Assembly (NCBI GenBank): GCA_965649115.1
Contig: CBFGJN010000055.1
Coordinates: 1-12,897 of the forward strand
DNA length: 12,897 nucleotides
Origin: a candidate division WOR-3 bacterium
GTDB lineage: Bacteria > Hydrothermota > Hydrothermia > LBFQ01 > DSFT01
Direction of reading: 5' to 3'
Shown here: in pieces, positions 7,402 to 12,897 of the stretch
Layout of the letters: every line of letters starts with the position of its first letter
How positions within the stretch are numbered: the first letter of the stretch is position 1
The notes under the pieces: model-generated
Told to the model about the DNA's origin: nothing
What the model saw: the letters and a program-made list of their open reading frames with translations, nothing else
The model's database searches: none
Translations under genes and position numbers: made by a program

Positions 7402-7782
7402 TTGATAAAACTAAAATATATTTTTATAATAATTGCTCTTATTTTAGCAATAGCATATAGTGTTTATGCAGGTATAAGTAAATCCGCTGTTTATTACTAT
7501 AGAGTTTCAGAAATATATGAAAAACCAATTAAATCAGAAAATATAAAGTTGAGTGGAACTGTTAAAAAAGGTTCAATTTTGAAAAATATGAGCAAAGTTG
7601 AATTTGTAATTTTTGAAAATGATAAAGAAATAAAAGTTGTTTATAATGGTATTTTACCTGATGCTTTTTCAGAAAACAATGAAGTAATAGTTGAAGGATT
7701 TTTTGATAAAAATAATAAAGTTCTTTATGCTAAAAACATCCTAACAAAGTGCCCTTCAAGATATGAAAAGCTTAATAATTAG
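7402..7782 (+). CDS. ccmE: Cytochrome c maturation heme chaperone CcmE, CxxxY variant
   Basis: N-terminal TM anchor, VYYY..SE, G.VKKGS, V.Y.G.LPD.F.E...VIVEG, A..IL.KCPSRY. Start TTG 7402 is inferred because TTG 7354 lies inside the repeat. Confidence 0.9.
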   Translation: MIKLKYIFIIIALILAIAYSVYAGISKSAVYYYRVSEIYEKPIKSENIKLSGTVKKGSILKNMSKVEFVIFENDKEIKVVYNGILPDAFSENNEVIVEGFFDKNNKVLYAKNILTKCPSRYEKLNN

Positions 7783-8044
7783 AGTTTATGGTAAGGTTCA
7801 GGGTGTAGGTTATAGATATTTTGCTCAAAGACATGCTAGAAGACTTGAAATAAAAGGATATGCAGAAAATATGCCTGATGGAAGTGTTTATATGTTAGCT
7901 ATTGGTGAGGAAGAAAACTTAAAGAAGTTTTTAGAGGTACTAAAGGAAGGACCACCCTTAGCTGTTGTTGAAAAAGTTGAATATGAAGAAAACAAAGACA
8001 TAAAAAATATAGAAAGCTACAAAGACTTTGAGATAAAAGAATGA
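7763..8044 (+). CDS. acyP: Acylphosphatase
   Basis: [33 protein letters not shown]. Confidence 0.95.
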   Translation: MKSLIIRVYGKVQGVGYRYFAQRHARRLEIKGYAENMPDGSVYMLAIGEEENLKKFLEVLKEGPPLAVVEKVEYEENKDIKNIESYKDFEIKE

Positions 8045-8313
8045 ATCTTGAAAGATTTGAAGAACTTGCGAAAATAAAAATTCAGAATGAAAGAGAAAAA
8101 TTTAACAAACATTTTGAAAATATGATAAATTACTTTTCTCAATTAAAAGAACTAAATACTGATGATATTGAACCCCTATTTAATCCAATTGAAATTGAAT
8201 GTCCTTTAAGAGAAGACTTAGTGGGAAAATCAATAGATAGACTAACTGCATTAAATCTATCCCCTGATTATTATTTAGAATTCTTTAAATCTCTTTCACC
8301 TATTAAAAAATGA
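8041..8313 (+). CDS. gatC: Asp/Glu-tRNA amidotransferase subunit C
   Basis: 90 aa. LAKI, I.YF.QL.ELNT..IEP, PLRED, AL..SP.....FF...P are GatC-like. Confidence 0.8.
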   Translation: MNLERFEELAKIKIQNEREKFNKHFENMINYFSQLKELNTDDIEPLFNPIEIECPLREDLVGKSIDRLTALNLSPDYYLEFFKSLSPIKK

Positions 8314-9266
8314 GGATAGCAGTTTTTGGAGCAACAGGTCTTGTTGGCTCACTAATGATAAAGTTATTAGAAGAAAGAATAAAAGAAAATATTGAAATTT
8401 ATCCTTTTGCAAAAGAAAGTGGAAGATTTATTAAATATAAAGGTAAAGAAATAGAAGTTAAGCCAATTTCAGAGAATGAAATTCCAAAGCTTGATTTTGC
8501 ATTATTTGCTGTTGATAATGAATTAGCTATTAGATGGAAAGATACTTTCAGAAATAAAGGTGCAATTATTATTGACAATTCTTCTGCTTTCAGATTAGAA
8601 AAAGATGTTCCACTTGTAGTTCCAGAAGTAAATTTAGAAGATCTAAAATTTCACAAAGGAATAATAGCAAATCCTAATTGTTCAACGATTCAATTAGTAA
8701 TACCATTAAAAGCTTTAATGAAATTCAATATAAAACGTGTTTTTGTAAGTACTTATCAAAGTGTTTCAGGTGCTGGTAGAGATGGACTAAATGCTTACTA
8801 TTATGAAAAAGAGAATAAAATTTATGAAAAAACACCTTTTGATAAAAAAATTTTTAATAATTTAATTCCACAAATAGGTTCATTTATGAATGGTTATTGC
8901 ACAGAAGAATGGAAAATCATAAATGAAAGTAGAAAAATTTTACACTTTGAAAATTTAATAATATCAGCAACAACTGTTAGAGTTCCTATTGAATTTTGTC
9001 ATTCCCAAAGTGTGGAAATTGATTTAGAAAAAGGAAATTTTGAAGAAATTGAAAATAGTTTAAAAGAATTTAAAGGTATAGTTTATGATAATGAAAATTA
9101 TTTCACACCAATTGAGGTTGTAAATAAAGATGAAGTTTATATAAGTAGATTAAGAAAACATCCGTTTTTAGAAAAAACATTTTTATTTTGGTCAGTATTT
9201 GATAATTTAAGAAAAGGTGCCGCATTAAATGCTATTCAGATATTAGAGAACCTTATTTTGAGGTAG
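8310..9266 (+). CDS. asd: Aspartate-semialdehyde dehydrogenase
   Basis: GATGLVG, IDNSSAFR, PLVVPEVN, IIANPNCST (catalytic Cys), TYQSVSGAG, TEEWK...E..KI, VRVP...HS, DNLRKGAALNA. Confidence 0.95.
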   Translation: MRIAVFGATGLVGSLMIKLLEERIKENIEIYPFAKESGRFIKYKGKEIEVKPISENEIPKLDFALFAVDNELAIRWKDTFRNKGAIIIDNSSAFRLEKDVPLVVPEVNLEDLKFHKGIIANPNCSTIQLVIPLKALMKFNIKRVFVSTYQSVSGAGRDGLNAYYYEKENKIYEKTPFDKKIFNNLIPQIGSFMNGYCTEEWKIINESRKILHFENLIISATTVRVPIEFCHSQSVEIDLEKGNFEEIENSLKEFKGIVYDNENYFTPIEVVNKDEVYISRLRKHPFLEKTFLFWSVFDNLRKGAALNAIQILENLILR

Positions 9267-9268
9267 TG

Positions 9269-9279
9269 TGGACACAACA
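9269..9279 (+). repeat. Isolated end module of the intergenic repeat (TGGACACAACA)
   Basis: 10/11 match to TGGACACAGCA at 130-140 and 12417-12427. Confidence 0.6.
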
Positions 9280-9290
9280 TAAAATTTATC

Positions 9291-9302
9291 CTTTAAAATT
9301 TT
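9291..9302 (+). promoter_or_regulatory. -10-like CTTTAAAATTTT motif; probable leaderless promoter
   Basis: TAAAAT at 9294-9299, 6 nt before ATG 9306. TGGACA (9269-9274) lies upstream with a 19-nt spacer. Confidence 0.6.
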
Positions 9303-9305
9303 AAT

Positions 9306-9566
9306 ATGCTTAACTTGCTTTTAAATTTAACATTGAATGGATTTAGTGCTTTTGGGACAAACTATGGAATATATGGATACTCTACGAGTTTCAATTTAAT
9401 AAATAAACCAAACTACACTTTAAATGTTGGTTTTGGAACGATAAATAGTAATAGTTTTTCTAAAAATTACATGAATTTTGATTTTAAATACAATAAAGGC
9501 TCTTTTTACATTCATATTATTGGAAGTTTTCCCTTGAACTATAACTATGTCCCAAATTTTAGATGA
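9306..9566 (+). CDS. Hypothetical protein, 86 aa, N/G/S/F/Y-rich
   Basis: Fills the gap between asd and ruvB, follows the promoter-like motif and overlaps the ruvB start. Alternating aromatic/polar pattern. Confidence 0.65.
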   Translation: MLNLLLNLTLNGFSAFGTNYGIYGYSTSFNLINKPNYTLNVGFGTINSNSFSKNYMNFDFKYNKGSFYIHIIGSFPLNYNYVPNFR

Positions 9567-10548
9567 GAATTTATCTCCCTCCGAATTAGAATTTGAGAAT
9601 TCGTTAAGACCTAAAAGACTATCAGAGTTCATTGGGCAGGAAAAAGTTAAAGAAAATCTTGAAATTTTTATAAAGGCTGTTAAAAAAAGAAAAGATGTTT
9701 TAGAGCATGTTCTATTATCAGGACCTCCTGGACTTGGTAAGACTACACTTGCTCATTTGATAGCTAATGAACTTGATGTAAATATAAAAACAACATCAGG
9801 TCCAGTTCTTGAAAGACCTGCTGATTTAGTTGGAATTTTAACATCATTAAATGAAGGAGATATATTGTTTATTGATGAAATTCATAGAATACCACGAATT
9901 GTAGAAGAATATCTTTATTCTGCAATGGAAGATTTTACCATAGATGTAATTTTAGATAAAGGACCCTCTGCAAGAACATTTCGGATAAACTTGCCTAAAT
10001 TTACACTAATAGGTGCTACTACAAGGATGGGTTTAATTTCTCAACCTTTAATTGGTAGGTTTGGAATACTTTTACATCTTGATTATTATTCAATTGAAGA
10101 AATTTTTAAAATTGTTAAAAGGTCTGCTAAAATTTTAAATTTACAAATTGATGATGATAGTGCTTTTGAAATAGCAAGAAGGAGTAGAGGAACACCAAGA
10201 ATAGCAAATAGGCTGTTAAGAAGAGTTAGAGATTTTGCTGATGTTAAAAATAATGGTATTATAAATTTAGATATAACAGTCTATGCTCTTGAATCTATTG
10301 GTGTTGATAAATTTGGACTTGATGAAATTGATAAGAAAATTTTAAAAGTTATTATAGAAAAGTTCAGGGGGGGTCCTGTTGGGATAAAAACAATTAGTTT
10401 GGCAATAAATGAAGATGTTGGAACAATTGAAGAAATATATGAACCTTATCTTATTAGAATAGGTTTTCTTGAAAGAACAAGTAGAGGAAGATTAGTAACA
10501 AAACTTGCTTATGAACATTTAGGATATAAAGTAGAGAAATTAATTTAA
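9547..10548 (+). CDS. ruvB: Holliday junction branch migration helicase RuvB
   Basis: LRPK.L.EFIGQ, Walker [10 protein letters not shown], Walker [51 protein letters not shown]. Confidence 0.98.
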   Translation: MSQILDENLSPSELEFENSLRPKRLSEFIGQEKVKENLEIFIKAVKKRKDVLEHVLLSGPPGLGKTTLAHLIANELDVNIKTTSGPVLERPADLVGILTSLNEGDILFIDEIHRIPRIVEEYLYSAMEDFTIDVILDKGPSARTFRINLPKFTLIGATTRMGLISQPLIGRFGILLHLDYYSIEEIFKIVKRSAKILNLQIDDDSAFEIARRSRGTPRIANRLLRRVRDFADVKNNGIINLDITVYALESIGVDKFGLDEIDKKILKVIIEKFRGGPVGIKTISLAINEDVGTIEEIYEPYLIRIGFLERTSRGRLVTKLAYEHLGYKVEKLI

Positions 10549-10550
10549 TT

Positions 10551-11399
10551 ATGCATAAACCTGTTATGGTTAGTGAAATTATAAAACTAACTGAGCCTAC
10601 GGATAATAGTATAATTGTAGATGCAACATTTGGTTTTGGAGGTCATTCAAAAGCATTTTATGAAATAGTAAAAAATGGATTGATTATTGGATTTGAAAAA
10701 AATGAAAAGACTTATGAAATTGTAAAAGAAATTTTTAAAGATTATTCAAGAATTTTGATTTATAATGTTGGTTATGAGAATATGAGTGAAATTATTGGAG
10801 AACTTGGGTTATTAAATAAAGTTGATATTGTTGTTTTTGATTTGGGACTATCTTCGTTTCTTATTGAAAGGTCGGGATTAGGTTTTAGTTATAAAAGAAA
10901 TGAAATTCTTGATATGCGATTTAGTCAAAAAGAAGGTAAGCCTTTATACCAATTACTTGAAAATCTAACTCAAAATGAAATTGAAAAAATTCTTAAAAAT
11001 TATGGAGATATTAAAAATCCTTATAAAATTTCAAAAGTTATTGTAAATAGCAAACCTATTAAAACAACAAAAGAACTTGTAAGTATTATAGAAAAAATTA
11101 CACCAAGAAATAAACTTGACAAAACACTAAAAAAAGTTTTTCAAGCATTTAGAATCTATGTAAATAATGAGATTGAAAATATAAGAAGGGGTATTTTGAA
11201 TGCTCATAAATGTTTAAAAGTTGGTGGTAAAGTAGCGGTTCTATCTTATCATTCAATTGAAGATAGAGTTATAAAAGGTTTTTATAAATCCCCTCTCTTT
11301 TTTCCACTTTTAAAAAAGCCTTTAAGACCTTCAAGTGAGGAAATTCAACAAAATCCAAGGGCAAGAAGTGCTAAATTAAGAATTTTAATTAAAAGATGA
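10551..11399 (+). CDS. rsmH: 16S rRNA C1402 N4-methyltransferase RsmH (MraW)
   Basis: HKPVM..E, DATFGFGGHS, DLGLSS, GFSY, LDMR, FQAFRIYVN.E, SYHSIEDR.IK, NPRARSAKLR. Confidence 0.97.
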   Translation: MHKPVMVSEIIKLTEPTDNSIIVDATFGFGGHSKAFYEIVKNGLIIGFEKNEKTYEIVKEIFKDYSRILIYNVGYENMSEIIGELGLLNKVDIVVFDLGLSSFLIERSGLGFSYKRNEILDMRFSQKEGKPLYQLLENLTQNEIEKILKNYGDIKNPYKISKVIVNSKPIKTTKELVSIIEKITPRNKLDKTLKKVFQAFRIYVNNEIENIRRGILNAHKCLKVGGKVAVLSYHSIEDRVIKGFYKSPLFFPLLKKPLRPSSEEIQQNPRARSAKLRILIKR

Positions 11400-12235
11400 T
11401 TTTTATAATTCTTTCAATCATAATTTTATTTTTGGGTTTTGGTTTTATAGCTTTTGAGATTGCTTATCTTTCAGTTTCATATCCAATAATTTTTAAATCA
11501 ACAAATAGAAAAGAATTTATAGAAAATCCTGTTGGTATTTTATTTACAATTTTATTTGGTGTAAATGTTTTGTCTATCGTTTATGCAATAATAAGTTTTA
11601 GATTTTTCAAAGAGTTCTTTAATGAAGATTTGTCAATTGTATTTGGAGGAATTTTTTCTACAATTACATTCGTTTTATTTTCTGAATTTGCTCCAAGAAT
11701 TATATCAAGGTTAAATCCTTCAATTATTTTGAGAATTTTTAAATGGCAAATTTTGCTTACATATTATTTAATTTTACCCATAAACTTAATTCTTAAATTT
11801 TTCTCTCCAAAGAATCCTGAAGAGATTATTAAATTGTACTTGGATGAACTTGAAAGAAAACAAATTGTAGATAAATTTGAAAAAGAAGTTATAAAAAGAA
11901 TTTTTGATTACTTGAAAATGGAAGTTAAGAACTTTGTAAGAAAGTTTGAAGATTTTGATATTGTTTCTTTAAATGAGCTTGAAAACATAAGAAATTTTAA
12001 AAGTGATATTATTATTGTTAAGGATGGAGAAAAAATTTTGGGGTACATATATAAGAAACAACTTTTGAAAATTGATGAAATAGAAATTTACGATTTGATT
12101 AATAAACCTGTCTTTATGAGTGATAATTCAAAACTTGAAGATGTTATTAAAGAAATGAAGAATAAAAGAGTAAGTGTTATTTTTACGGAGAGTGGTATTA
12201 TTACGCTTGAAGATGTTTGGAAAGGTGTTATTTAA
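11396..12235 (+). CDS. CNNM (DUF21) transmembrane domain plus degenerate CBS pair protein (CorB/TlyC-like)
   Basis: F.A.E.A..S, TILFG.N, LFSEFAPR (GE..PK-like), P....L and C-terminal GIITLEDV. Confidence 0.8.
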   Translation: MIFIILSIIILFLGFGFIAFEIAYLSVSYPIIFKSTNRKEFIENPVGILFTILFGVNVLSIVYAIISFRFFKEFFNEDLSIVFGGIFSTITFVLFSEFAPRIISRLNPSIILRIFKWQILLTYYLILPINLILKFFSPKNPEEIIKLYLDELERKQIVDKFEKEVIKRIFDYLKMEVKNFVRKFEDFDIVSLNELENIRNFKSDIIIVKDGEKILGYIYKKQLLKIDEIEIYDLINKPVFMSDNSKLEDVIKEMKNKRVSVIFTESGIITLEDVWKGVI

Positions 12236-12239
12236 ATGT

Positions 12240-12427
12240 TGCTTTAACTTATAAAAATTCATTTAGAACTATTGAGGTATAATGTAGTTGGGTGGAAATC
12301 TTATTGATTTAATTGCCCCCTACTGAAATAAGGGCATTTATAAGCCGAAAAATGGGTATTTATAAAGCTCTGCTTTATTCTTAGGGGGTGTGGAAAATAA
12401 ATACTTTCGGAATTACTGGACACAGCA
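12240..12427 (+). mobile_element. Putative MITE-like element; the best-delimited copy of the intergenic repeat
   Basis: 188 bp, begins TGCT and ends AGCA, flanked by the direct repeat TTTAAATGT (12231-12239 and 12428-12436). Contains family modules, including hairpin ATAAAGC-TCT-GCTTTAT (12362-12378) and end GAATTACTGGACACAGCA. Confidence 0.6.
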
Positions 12428-12428
12428 T

Positions 12429-12897
12429 TTAAATGTAAGCTCCATAGTATTCTCTAAATTTTTTCATTTCTTCATTATCACTATTTAAGGCTGATTGAAT
12501 GTCTCCATCAAAAATTTTATAACCATCTTTTAGTAAAATGATTCTATTTGAGATTTTTATAGCACTTCTTAAATCGTGTGTTATTGATATTGTAGTAGTT
12601 TTAAGCTCGCTATTAAGCTTAATAATTAGTTCGTTTATTAGGTCAGATGTAATAGGATCAAGTCCTGTTGTTGGCTCATCGTAAATAATATATTTTGGAT
12701 TGTTAATGATTGCTCTTGCTATTGATACTCTTTTTCTCATTCCTCCTGATAATTCAGATGGATACAATTTTAAAACTCTTTCATCTAAATCAACCATTTT
12801 TAAAACTTCTATTATTCTGCTTTTAATATATTCATTATCTTTTATCCCATTTTCTATTAGAACGAATGCTAAATTTTGATATACATTATAAAAGTCA
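12429..12897 (-). CDS. mlaF: ABC transporter ATP-binding protein, MlaF/Ttg2A-like (5' part outside the window)
   Basis: PSELSGGMRKRVSIARA, YDEPTTGLDPI, ITHD. The frame stays open to the window edge (DFYNVYQNLAF...), so ATG 12797 is internal. Confidence 0.8.
   Translation of the reverse strand, partial: DFYNVYQNLAFVLIENGIKDNEYIKSRIIEVLKMVDLDERVLKLYPSELSGGMRKRVSIARAIINNPKYIIYDEPTTGLDPITSDLINELIIKLNSELKTTTISITHDLRSAIKISNRIILLKDGYKIFDGDIQSALNSDNEEMKKFREYYGAYI

Noticed and set aside
9420..9632. 70-aa minus-strand ORF
   Set aside because: Antisense to the conserved ruvB 5' end and the 9306 ORF.
12795..12797. ATG 12797 as the start of the ABC ATPase
   Set aside because: The frame is open to the window edge and the Walker A motif is missing, so the true start lies beyond 12897.
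1..12897. tRNA, rRNA or known riboswitch
   Set aside because: No cloverleaf or recognisable conserved RNA motif seen by eye; an Rfam/tRNAscan search would be needed to exclude them formally.

Overview
Very AT-rich bacterial chromosomal DNA. A T9SS-type C-terminal sorting domain and the apparent lack of Shine-Dalgarno sites suggest an FCB-related lineage such as WOR-3 (inference only). The genes are mostly housekeeping, in scrambled order: nuoE, an MFS transporter, an MreD-like membrane protein, an HU-fragment/Cys-rich lipoprotein chimera, a YHS/TRASH protein, fmt, pncB, a disrupted T9SS-cargo beta-propeller gene, ccmE (CxxxY type), acyP, gatC, asd, a hypothetical gene, ruvB, rsmH, a CNNM/CBS protein and a partial MlaF-like ABC ATPase. 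The most striking signal is non-coding. All seven sizeable intergenic gaps carry a full, partial or degenerate copy of one modular G-rich repeat family. Its modules include triloop hairpins with compensatory stem changes, GGGTGGGTGG tracts and a conserved end TGGACACAGCA. The copy at 12240-12427 has TGCT...AGCA ends and a perfect 9-bp flanking direct repeat, and it separates two convergent genes whose stop codons would otherwise overlap. This looks like a non-autonomous mobile (MITE/REP-like) element. A CTTTAAAATTT (-10-like) motif sits 6-10 nt before several SD-less start codons, suggesting leaderless or very-short-leader transcripts, often just downstream of the repeat end.
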